From positions 384,001 through 448,000 of the forward strand of contig OZ244852.1 in the NCBI GenBank assembly GCA_965220965.1: a stretch of 64,000 bases of DNA. The letters run 5' to 3'. This DNA is from Candidatus Marinacidobacterium sp. (GTDB lineage: Bacteria; Acidobacteriota; Vicinamibacteria; Marinacidobacterales; Marinacidobacteraceae). This document shows, piece after piece, positions 38,581 through 47,184 of this stretch. The notes below the pieces were generated by a model that saw only the letters and a program-made list of their open reading frames with translations, made no database searches and was not told the DNA's origin. A program made the position numbers and the translations under genes. Every line of letters starts with the position of its first letter. The stretch's first letter is position 1.

Positions 38581-40230
38581 ATGGAAGCCAAAGCCCTGCC
38601 GCCGATTTCCTTCGAGACCCACCCCGGGCGCTACCGGCACTGGAGGCTGGATCCGGAGGGGGCGGTGGCGTCCCTGACGCTCGAGGTGGATCCGTCCGGG
38701 GGGCTCCGCCCGGGCTACTCCCTGAAGCTGAACAGCTACGACCTGGGGGTCGACATCGAGCTGGCCGACGCGGTGGAGCGGCTCCGCTTCGAGCACCCCG
38801 GCGTCCGCTGCGTGGTGATCCGCAGCGGCATGGACCGGGTGTTCTCCTCCGGCGCGAACATCTACATGCTGGCCGGGTCCTCGCACGGCTTCAAGGTGAA
38901 CTTCTGCAAGTTCACGAACGAGACCCGGCTTGCGATCGAGGACGCCAGCGCGCGGAGCGGGCAGCGCTACCTCGCGGCGCTCTCCGGCGCCTGCGCCGGC
39001 GGCGGCTACGAACTCGCGATGGCCGCCGACGAGATCCTGCTGGTGGATGACGGCAGTTCCTCGGTTTCGCTCCCCGAAGTCCCCCTTCTCGGCGTGCTCC
39101 CCGGCACCGGCGGCCTCACCCGGCTGCTCGACAAGCGGGGCGTCCGGCGCGACCGCGCCGATGTCTTCTCCACCCTGGCGGAGGGGATCCGCGGCCGCCG
39201 CGCGCTGGAGTGGGGCCTGGTGGACGCCCTGGCCCCGAAGAGCTCCTTCGAAGCGCGGGTCCGGGAGCGCGCCGAGGCGCTCGCCACTTCGGCGGAGGCC
39301 GGTGTCTCCGGGCCCGGCGTCGCCCTCGATCCGCTGGACCCGGAGGAAGAGGAAAACCGGCTCCGTTACCGCTACGTGGAGGTCGCGCTGGACCGCGCCG
39401 CCCGCTGCGCCGACCTCATCGTTCGGGGCCCGGTGGATCCGTTCCCGGAGACCCCCGACGCGCTTGCGGCCGCCGGGACCGGAGTGTGGCACCTGCGGAT
39501 GGCGCGCGAGCTCGACGACGCGCTCTGCCGGTTGCGCTTCAACGAGCCGGAGATCGGCGTTGTCCTCCTTCGTCCGGCGGGGGACCCCGACGCCGTCCGG
39601 GAGGCCGACGAGCGGCTGGACGCGATGCCGGACGCCTGGCTCGCGCGCGAGACCCGGCTGCGGGTGGCGCGGACGCTGCGGCGGCTCGACCAGACGGCGC
39701 GCAGCTTCTTCGCGGTCGCTGAGGCGGGAGAACGGTTCACCGGCACGCTCGCCGAACTCCTCCTTGCCGCCGATCGCTCGTTCCTGTGCGACGACCCCGA
39801 CCGTCCGGCGGCGGTCGAACTGACCCCGCTCAACTTCGGGGCGTACCCGATGGGGAACGGACTCTCGCGTCTCGAGACCCGCTTCTACGGGGAGCCCGGC
39901 CGCGTCGACGCGCTCCGGGGCAACGGGGTGGTCCCGGCCGCGGACGCCCCGGGACGGGGACTCGCCACCTTCGCTCCCGACGATCTCGACTGGGAAGACG
40001 AGCTTCGGCTGGCCATCGAGGAGCGCGCCCGCTTCTCGCCCGACGCGCTCACCGGGATGGAGGCGTCCCTGCGCTTCGCCGGGCCGGAGACGATGGAGAC
40101 CCGGATCTTCGGGCGGCTCTCGGCCTGGCAGAACTGGATCTTCCAGCGTCCGAACGCGATGGGGGAAGCGGGAGCCCTGACGCTCTACGGCCAGCCTCGC
40201 CGCCCGTCGTTCGACTGGAACCGCACCTGA
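38581..40230 (+). CDS. boxC: 2,3-epoxybenzoyl-CoA dihydrolase
   Basis: LKLNSYDLGVDIELAD, FSSGANI, KVNFCKFTNETR, LPEVPLLGVLPGTGG, SPDALTGMEA, LSAWQNWIFQRPNA. Confidence 0.96.
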   Translation: MEAKALPPISFETHPGRYRHWRLDPEGAVASLTLEVDPSGGLRPGYSLKLNSYDLGVDIELADAVERLRFEHPGVRCVVIRSGMDRVFSSGANIYMLAGSSHGFKVNFCKFTNETRLAIEDASARSGQRYLAALSGACAGGGYELAMAADEILLVDDGSSSVSLPEVPLLGVLPGTGGLTRLLDKRGVRRDRADVFSTLAEGIRGRRALEWGLVDALAPKSSFEARVRERAEALATSAEAGVSGPGVALDPLDPEEEENRLRYRYVEVALDRAARCADLIVRGPVDPFPETPDALAAAGTGVWHLRMARELDDALCRLRFNEPEIGVVLLRPAGDPDAVREADERLDAMPDAWLARETRLRVARTLRRLDQTARSFFAVAEAGERFTGTLAELLLAADRSFLCDDPDRPAAVELTPLNFGAYPMGNGLSRLETRFYGEPGRVDALRGNGVVPAADAPGRGLATFAPDDLDWEDELRLAIEERARFSPDALTGMEASLRFAGPETMETRIFGRLSAWQNWIFQRPNAMGEAGALTLYGQPRRPSFDWNRT

Positions 40231-40236
40231 GAACCC

Positions 40237-41643
40237 ATGTCGGAACTCGATTCACGCATCCCGAACAACGTCGACCTGTCCCAGGATCCCCGGCTTCAGC
40301 GCGCGCTGCTGCGCTGGCAGCCGGCGTTCCTGAGGTGGTGGAGCGAGATGGGGCCGGAGGGGTTCCAGGGGGACGATGTCTTTCTGCGCACCGCGGTTTC
40401 CGTGGAGCCCTCGGGCTGGTCGCAGTTCGACTACGTGCGGATGCCCGACTACCGATGGGGGATCTTCCTCGCCCCCGCCGAGGAGGATCGCCGGATCGGC
40501 TTCGGGGACCACATCGGCGAGCCGGTGTGGCGCCAGGTTCCCGGGGAATACCGCGCGGACCTGCGGCGGCTCATCGTGACCCAGGGCGACACCGAGCCGG
40601 CGAGCGTCGAGCAGCAGCGCATGCTGGGCAAGACCGCGCCCAGCCTCTACGACCTGCGGAACCTGTTCCAGGTCAACGTGGAGGAGGGGCGGCACCTGTG
40701 GGCGATGGTCTACCTGCTCCACTCCTGGTTCGGCCGCGACGGCCGGGAGGAGGCCGACGCCCTGCTCGCCCGCCACAGCGGCGACGAGGACCGGCCCCGG
40801 ATCCTCCAGGCGTTCAACGAACCCATCGACGACTGGCTGAACTTCTACCTGTTCACGATGTTCACCGACCGCGACGGCAAGTACCAGCTCCTCGCGCTCG
40901 CCGAGAGCGCTTTCGATCCGCTGTCGAGGACGACCCGGTTCATGCTCACCGAGGAGGCCTTCCACATGTCGGTCGGCGAGACCGGGGTCGGCCGGATCAT
41001 CGAACGGACGGCGGCGCACATGGCGGCGAGCGACGCCGACCCCCGGGATGCGGGAGTGTTCGACCTGCCGCTGATCCAGCGGCACATCAACTTCTGGTTC
41101 ACCGCCTCGCTCGACCTGTTCGGGGGGGAGATCTCCTCGAATGCGGCGCACTACTTCGCCTCCGGGCTCAAGGGGCGGGCCCGGGAGGCCGCGCGCGACG
41201 ACCACGAGGCGCTCGACGGAATCAGGGCCATGGAGATCCCCGAGGAGGGCGCTCTCGTCCGGCGCGAGGTTCCCCTGCGGAACGCCATGAACGAGATCCT
41301 CCGGGACGACTACATCCGGGACTGCGAGCGCGGCCTGGAGCGCTGGAACCGGATCCTCGAATCCGCCGGTCTGCCCGATCGCCTCACCCTCCCCAGCCGC
41401 CGCTTCCATCGCCGCATCGGGGCCTACGCCGGTCACGACTTCGATCCGGACGGGAACCTGATCCCCGCTGCGACCTGGGCCGCCCGGCGGGACGAGTGGC
41501 TCCCGACCGAAGACGATCGCGACTATGTGCGCAGCCTGATGGTTCCGGTGACCGAACCGGGCCGGATCGCCCACTGGATCGCCGAGCCCCGGTCCAGGGT
41601 CGACGGCAAGCCGTTCGGATTCGAGTACGTCCGCCGGGCCTGA
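40237..41643 (+). CDS. boxB: benzoyl-CoA 2,3-epoxidase diiron subunit
   Basis: IPNNV.L, MPDYRWGIFL, QGDTEPASVEQQR, NVEEGRHLWAMVYLL, TDRDGK, TEEAFH. Confidence 0.96.
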   Translation: MSELDSRIPNNVDLSQDPRLQRALLRWQPAFLRWWSEMGPEGFQGDDVFLRTAVSVEPSGWSQFDYVRMPDYRWGIFLAPAEEDRRIGFGDHIGEPVWRQVPGEYRADLRRLIVTQGDTEPASVEQQRMLGKTAPSLYDLRNLFQVNVEEGRHLWAMVYLLHSWFGRDGREEADALLARHSGDEDRPRILQAFNEPIDDWLNFYLFTMFTDRDGKYQLLALAESAFDPLSRTTRFMLTEEAFHMSVGETGVGRIIERTAAHMAASDADPRDAGVFDLPLIQRHINFWFTASLDLFGGEISSNAAHYFASGLKGRAREAARDDHEALDGIRAMEIPEEGALVRREVPLRNAMNEILRDDYIRDCERGLERWNRILESAGLPDRLTLPSRRFHRRIGAYAGHDFDPDGNLIPAATWAARRDEWLPTEDDRDYVRSLMVPVTEPGRIAHWIAEPRSRVDGKPFGFEYVRRA

Positions 41644-41677
41644 CCCGGAGAGCGCCGCCGCAATTCGCAGCGCTCGA

Positions 41678-41705
41678 GCCGGAACCTGACCCGACAGGTT
41701 CCGGC
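41678..41705. terminator. hairpin between convergent boxB and mltG
   Basis: GCCGGAACCTG-ACCCGA-CAGGTTCCGGC, 11-bp stem with no clear U-tract. Confidence 0.55.
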
Positions 41706-41713
41706 GCCTTGGA

Positions 41714-42778
41714 CTACCTCGACCGGAAGTACTCCACCTGCCACCGTCTCACGGCGCGGTTGTGGTCGCGGAGGGTCCGGTTGAACTCGTGGGTCCCGTC
41801 GTTCCGCGAGACGAAGTAGAGGAAGTCGGTCTCTTCGGGTTCGAGCACGGCGTCCAGCGCCGCGACGCCGAACGAGGCGATCGGGCCGGGGGGAATGCCG
41901 CCGACCTGGTAGGTGTTCCAGGGGGAGTCGATCCGGAGGTCCCGCCGGCGGATGTTGTTGCCCCGGTCCCCGGCCCTCCGCATCGCGAAGAGGACGGTCG
42001 GGTCCGACTGGAGCGGCATCCCGATCCGCAAGCGGTTCCAGAACACCGAGGCGATCCGCGGACGCTCCTCCGGGCTGCCGGTCTCCTTCTCGACGATCGA
42101 GGCGAGCGTGGCCAGCTCGCGCAGCGAGCGGCCCAGGGAGCGGGCCTTCCGCCGCCGGTCCGCGTTCCAGAGGCTCCGGAACTGGCCGACCAGGACTCCC
42201 GCCACCACCTCGGGCTGGATCTCGGGGGACAGCCGATAGGAGCTGGGGAACAGGTACCCCTCGAGGTCCCGGGCCTCCGGATCCAGATCTCCGATGAGCC
42301 GCCTGGCGGTCGCTTCGTCGGAGAAGAGTTCCAGCAGGGCGTCCCGGTCGCCGAAGCCCTGTCGCGCCACCGCCTCCGCCGTCGCCTCGAGGTCGAGGCC
42401 CTCCGGAAGCAGGAGACGGGTCGTCGCAACCTCCCCCCCGGCGATGACGTCCATGACCTCGATCCCGGTCAGCGGCGCGCTGAAGCGGTAGAGCCCGGCC
42501 TGAAGACGGCGGTCGAGTCCCCGGTCCTCGACGCCCCACGCGAAGGCCCTGCGGTCCGCGACGATTCCCACCGCGGCGAGCCGCTCGGCGAGCGAGTCCA
42601 CGCTCGAGCCGGACCCCACCCGGAACATCACCTGCCCGCGGTGCGCGGCGTAGGGCTCGGCGAGGATCCGCTCGAACTCCTGGAAGCGGCCCAGCCATCC
42701 GGACGCCGCGGCGAGCGCGGCCGCGGCGAACGTCGCGAGCAGCCAGACCGCCGGGGAGCGGGAACTCCACGCGGACAC
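41714..42778 (-). CDS. mltG: endolytic transglycosylase MltG
   Basis: LEGYLFP, LASIVEKET, NRL..GMPLQSDPT, SPWNTY...GIPPGPI, LYFV. Confidence 0.95.
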   Translation of the reverse strand: MSAWSSRSPAVWLLATFAAAALAAASGWLGRFQEFERILAEPYAAHRGQVMFRVGSGSSVDSLAERLAAVGIVADRRAFAWGVEDRGLDRRLQAGLYRFSAPLTGIEVMDVIAGGEVATTRLLLPEGLDLEATAEAVARQGFGDRDALLELFSDEATARRLIGDLDPEARDLEGYLFPSSYRLSPEIQPEVVAGVLVGQFRSLWNADRRRKARSLGRSLRELATLASIVEKETGSPEERPRIASVFWNRLRIGMPLQSDPTVLFAMRRAGDRGNNIRRRDLRIDSPWNTYQVGGIPPGPIASFGVAALDAVLEPEETDFLYFVSRNDGTHEFNRTLRDHNRAVRRWQVEYFRSR

Positions 42779-42803
42779 GGCTGGAGTTCCCGTTTGTCCC
42801 GGG

Positions 42804-44102
42804 TCAGCCGGCGGCGGCGTCCTCGTCCAGCCGGTGGCGCAGCAATCGCAGCGCCAGCTCCAGCCAGGGGTCGTCCGCTTCGAGATCCGCTGGCCGGAAC
42901 CCCAGCATCTCCTCCAGCTCGCCAGCCGAAAGCGTGGCCGGCACGCCGGTCGTGAGGATGTCCTCCCCGTCCGGCGTCTGGTAGTGGGCGCTCGAGATCA
43001 GGAGCGCGTCCCCCGCGGGGAGTTCGATCAGCTCCGGCGCGCCGGTCCGCCCGGCGGTGCGCGGCCCGATGATGTCGAGGTCCGGACGGGAAGCCAGCGC
43101 GGCCGCCAGCACCTCTCCCGGACAGACCGTGCCGCCATCGACCAGCACGACCACCGGGCCGGACCAGGACTCGTCGGGATTCCCCTCCGGAATCGGAACC
43201 GGGGTCTGCTCCTCCCCGCCGCCCGGGCCGCGGCGGGTGAGCTGCGCTCCCGTCCCCGAGGTGAACGGCGCGGCGGCGTCCGCGCCGGCGCCGCAGCCGA
43301 CGCCGTCATCCCGACTGCGCCGCAGGTCCAGCAGCAGCCCGCGCGCTCCGTCGGCCCGGAACCCGGCGATGGCGGCCCCCAACTGGGCGGGCGTCGCCTC
43401 GTGGAACCGCTGGATGCGGGCCACCGCGAGGTCCGTATCGACAACCTCGGCGCTCACCGGATGCGCTTCCAGAACCGCCCGCTCGACGGTGACGGTCTCC
43501 AGCTCGCTGTCGGCTTCGTTCCGGATCGCGAGCTCCACCGGCGTCCCCGGGAGGCCCTGGAGCAGAAGCCGGGCCGCCGGGATCCGCAGGTCCCTGGTGT
43601 AGACCCCGTCGATCGAGACGATCGCCGCGCCCGCCTCGATCCCGGCGGCGTCCGCCGGCGAACCGGGCAGGGCGTGGTCGACATGGAGGTAGTAGCGCTT
43701 TTCGAGGCCGATTCCGAGCGACGCCGGGTAATCACCCCGCGCGCGGTAGCGCTCGGTCTCGGCGGCGCTCAGGTAGGTGCTGTCTTCGTCGAGCGCGTCG
43801 AAGACGCCGCGGACAGCGCCCTCCATGAGCCCCTCGGCCTCGACCGGCTCGAGGTACTGCTCGCGCACCAGCATGACCGCGCCGTGGAACACCTCGAGCG
43901 CCTGGTAGACATCCCGCTGGAGCGCCGCGGCCACCGGGGTCGAAGAGGGCCTGATGGCGGCGGCGCCCGCCGAGGGACCGGTTTCGGCGGAGATCCGCGG
44001 ATCCGGTCCGCGGGCGCCGACCAGAGCGGTCGCCAGGACGCCGCCGGCCAGAACGCCGACGAGAGCGGCGGGGAGTCTCCCCGGATTCCCGAAACGGATC
44101 AT
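42804..44102 (-). CDS. S41/CtpA-like PDZ protein with substituted catalytic residues
   Basis: LD..STYL, PDZ GSPADAAGI, LLLDLR, VLVDGGTVCPGE, G.RTAGR. Confidence 0.82.
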   Translation of the reverse strand: MIRFGNPGRLPAALVGVLAGGVLATALVGARGPDPRISAETGPSAGAAAIRPSSTPVAAALQRDVYQALEVFHGAVMLVREQYLEPVEAEGLMEGAVRGVFDALDEDSTYLSAAETERYRARGDYPASLGIGLEKRYYLHVDHALPGSPADAAGIEAGAAIVSIDGVYTRDLRIPAARLLLQGLPGTPVELAIRNEADSELETVTVERAVLEAHPVSAEVVDTDLAVARIQRFHEATPAQLGAAIAGFRADGARGLLLDLRRSRDDGVGCGAGADAAAPFTSGTGAQLTRRGPGGGEEQTPVPIPEGNPDESWSGPVVVLVDGGTVCPGEVLAAALASRPDLDIIGPRTAGRTGAPELIELPAGDALLISSAHYQTPDGEDILTTGVPATLSAGELEEMLGFRPADLEADDPWLELALRLLRHRLDEDAAAG

Positions 44103-44208
44103 GGATCGAACGTCCTCACCGGTGATGTTCGCGGCTGGCGCATCCGGGGAGGTCCGCCCCGGGCCGGCTGACCCGGGACGGACTCAACAGCGCCGCCCGC
44201 GGCGCCTC

Positions 44209-45780
44209 TCAGGACCCGGAGACCTGGAACTCGACGACTTCGGTGACCGACTGACCGCTCACCTGATCGTTCACCGTGATCTCCGCGGTGTAGTCCCCGG
44301 CCTCGAAGGGCTCGCGCCGTCCGTCGGCGAACAGGCGCGCGAGAGGCACGTCCACGATCGCGATGGCGAGCTCCGGCGCGGCCATGTTGAAGCCGGTCGG
44401 GTTGTAGCGGAGGTACTGATCCCCGTCCTTCTTGAACGTGATCTGCCAACTGAGACTCGCCTGGTCGCCGTCCACGCCGTACCCGTAGGCGTTGAACACC
44501 AGGCGGAACGCGGAGTCCGGCTCGTAGACCCGGGACACCTTGGGGATGAAGTGGAAGCCGCCCACGAGCAGGGCGCGTCCGGGGACCGGAGTGAAGTCCT
44601 CGATCCGGCTGCCGTCGCTGAACCGCGCCATGGACGAGATGCTGAGGGTCTGGGCAGTGAAGTCGGGCGACTCCAGCTCGACGTTCGCAGTGCCGTACGC
44701 CTCGCTGCGGGGATCCCGGATTCCGATCCGCACCGTGTAGAGGCCCGCCGGCATCTGCATCGGCAACTCGATCATGGCGCCCCCGTCGGGCGTCCGGACC
44801 AGGTCCACTTCCTCTTCCGCCTGGCCGATCACGGTGCCCAGCGCGTCCTCCACGCTGTAGAAGCTCTGGACCCGGTCCGCCAGTCCGGAGGCGTCCGGGA
44901 TCTCCAGGACCACCGCAACATAGGTGTCGTCCGTGTTGGAGCGGAAGAACGCGAAGTCGGGCGTCATCGGGATGGCGGTGCTGACTTCGCCGCCCTCCCG
45001 CAGCGCGTTCAGGATCTGCTTGGCGGGGCTGTTCGGGTCGAACAGGTCCTCGAGTTCGCGCAACCGTCCTTCTTCATCCCGGGCGTAGTTGATGCTGGGC
45101 CAGGCGATCTGGCGCTGGCGGGCGCGTTCGAGCGCCGCCTCGATCTGCTCGTTCCGGATCAGCCGCAGACCCAGGTTCGTGGTCCGGAACTCGAGTTCGA
45201 GCCCATCGGGCATGCCCCGGTCCGGGTTCGGGACGTAGGTGAACTTCATCCCGCTGCCGCCCGGGCCGCCCATGCCGCCTCCGCCGCCGAAGCCGCCGCC
45301 ACCGCCGGCGCCCGGAGAGCCGCCGCCCTCACTGACCGGGTTGTTCCCGGTGGCGCCCGCCGGAGGACCTCCGCCCCCCGGTCCGGCGCCCCGGCCGCCG
45401 GTCCGCTCCTGATTGTCGGGGGGACCCAGCAGGAGCATGACGAGCGCCATGTCGGTCTCGGAACCCTTCCGACCCCGCTGGCCGAACTGGTCGTCCGCCT
45501 GTTCGCGCCAGTTCTCGAAGGCGTCGCGCGCCTCGTTGTTCCGGTTCGTCGGCGTCGGATCGCGCCGGGCCCAGAACAGGTCCCGGAACAGGTCCCGGTC
45601 GTCGCGATCGATCTCCTGGAACAACTGGCGCTCCTGCGCCGTAATGATCGGGTCGACCTCTTCCAGCCAGCGCCGGTCGCCCCGGCTGAGGTTGTCCTGC
45701 GCGACGGCCGAGGCGGCGAGTCCGAGACCCGCCGCCGCGACGAGAAGGAAGGAGGTCAGGGCTCCCGGTGTCTTCTTCAT
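44209..45780 (-). CDS. GWxTD-like domain protein (variant GSETD) with Gly-rich insert
   Basis: WL.EVDPIIT..ER..F, FWARRDPTP...NE, GSETD....LLLGPP. Confidence 0.85.
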   Translation of the reverse strand: MKKTPGALTSFLLVAAAGLGLAASAVAQDNLSRGDRRWLEEVDPIITAQERQLFQEIDRDDRDLFRDLFWARRDPTPTNRNNEARDAFENWREQADDQFGQRGRKGSETDMALVMLLLGPPDNQERTGGRGAGPGGGGPPAGATGNNPVSEGGGSPGAGGGGGFGGGGGMGGPGGSGMKFTYVPNPDRGMPDGLELEFRTTNLGLRLIRNEQIEAALERARQRQIAWPSINYARDEEGRLRELEDLFDPNSPAKQILNALREGGEVSTAIPMTPDFAFFRSNTDDTYVAVVLEIPDASGLADRVQSFYSVEDALGTVIGQAEEEVDLVRTPDGGAMIELPMQMPAGLYTVRIGIRDPRSEAYGTANVELESPDFTAQTLSISSMARFSDGSRIEDFTPVPGRALLVGGFHFIPKVSRVYEPDSAFRLVFNAYGYGVDGDQASLSWQITFKKDGDQYLRYNPTGFNMAAPELAIAIVDVPLARLFADGRREPFEAGDYTAEITVNDQVSGQSVTEVVEFQVSGS

Positions 45781-45930
45781 GATCTCTCCGGTCGGGCTTC
45801 GAGGCGGCCTGGGGGCTGGCCACGTTTGCGAAGCGGCAATCCCGAAGAATACGCTTCGCAAGGCCCCCCCGCAACAGACGACGGCTCCCGCGAACGGGCG
45901 CCGTTGCTGGCGCTAAACTGGATTTTCCTG

Positions 45931-47157
45931 ATGACGACACATCGTTCAACCACCCCGCTGGCGGAGCGCTCATCGCTCCCCGGGCGCGACAGCGTCCGAC
46001 GTCTTGGCCTCGTCACGCTGGCGGCGGCCGTCCTCGGCGGCGCCGCGTGCGGGACCGCGCCCAAGCGGACGTGGTCCGTGGAGGAAATCCGCGCGGACCT
46101 GAACCACCGGATCACCCCCGAGGTGCTGGCGCGCGTCGAGATCCCGTTCGAGATCGATGACGAGATCCGCGAGCTGGCCTTCCGGGTCACCGAGAACCTC
46201 CGGACCGACAAGGAGAAGATGCGGGCCATCGTGCGCGCCATCCGCGCGCACACCGGCGGGGCGATCTCCTACGACTGGCTCTCCAACAAGACCGCGAAGA
46301 GCGTGTTCCGCGAAGGCCGGGGGAACTGCCTCGCCTACACGAACCTCTTCGTCGGCATGTCGCGCGCGGTGGGCGTGGAGGCCGTCTACGTGGACGTCAC
46401 CACGATCGAGAAGGTGACCCGCGAGGCCGAGGTCATCGTCAACAGCGGCCACATCACCGGGGGCATCAAGGACGGGCCGGATCTGATCTTCGTGGACTTC
46501 ACCGCGAACCCCGAGCGGGAGTACGCCGGAGCGAAGATCATCGACGACTTCGAAGCCATCTCGAACTTCTACAACAACCAGGGCTTCCTCTACGGGTACT
46601 TCGCCGAGGCGCTCGCGGACCAGGGCGGCTTCGATCCGCTCGCCCGCGAGATCGAGATGTATGAACTCGCGCTCTCGATCCGGCCCTCGTTCAACCGCGC
46701 CCGGAACAACCTGGGCGTCGCCTACAAGCGGCGCGGGCGGGTGGACGACGCCATCGAGCAGTACGAACTGGCGCTCGAACTCGAGCCGAGCTTCACCGAG
46801 GCCCGCGCCAACCTGGCCAGCGCCTACTACTCGATGGGCGACACCGACCAGGCGATCCAGGAATTCCTGGTGGCGGCGCGCAACGACGACTCGAACGCCT
46901 ACGTCCAGTACCACCTCGGTGTGCTCCACTACCACCAGGAGGACTACCGCCGGGCGGCGGACTACTTCCGCCGGGCCATCTCCCGCGACCGCGGGATGGC
47001 GGACGCCCGGTTCTTCCTGGGCGAAACGCTCCTGAAGCTGGGGGACGAGAAGGGCGCCATGGAGGCGTACGAACGGGCGATCGACATCGACCCGAACTAC
47101 ATCGCCGCGCGCGCCAAGCTGGATCTGCTTCAGGACGCCCTGGCCTCCGGTCGCTGA
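45931..47157 (+). CDS. transglutaminase-like lipoprotein with TPR repeats
   Basis: Lipobox-like GAAC; TA..VF....GNCLAY (Cys), SGHI (His), VDF (Asp); multiple TPRs (NNLG, A.ANLA). Confidence 0.82.
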   Translation: MTTHRSTTPLAERSSLPGRDSVRRLGLVTLAAAVLGGAACGTAPKRTWSVEEIRADLNHRITPEVLARVEIPFEIDDEIRELAFRVTENLRTDKEKMRAIVRAIRAHTGGAISYDWLSNKTAKSVFREGRGNCLAYTNLFVGMSRAVGVEAVYVDVTTIEKVTREAEVIVNSGHITGGIKDGPDLIFVDFTANPEREYAGAKIIDDFEAISNFYNNQGFLYGYFAEALADQGGFDPLAREIEMYELALSIRPSFNRARNNLGVAYKRRGRVDDAIEQYELALELEPSFTEARANLASAYYSMGDTDQAIQEFLVAARNDDSNAYVQYHLGVLHYHQEDYRRAADYFRRAISRDRGMADARFFLGETLLKLGDEKGAMEAYERAIDIDPNYIAARAKLDLLQDALASGR

Positions 47158-47184
47158 GCGGCTCCGAAGAAGCGCTAACCGCCC

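Noticed and set aside
45250-45405. GCC/CCG-rich tandem-like repeats
   Set aside because: These encode the Gly-rich linker of the GWxTD protein and are not an independent repeat element
43954-45930. N-terminal 659 aa of the 1067-aa TPR ORF
   Set aside because: Antisense to the GWxTD gene; the real gene starts at about 45931
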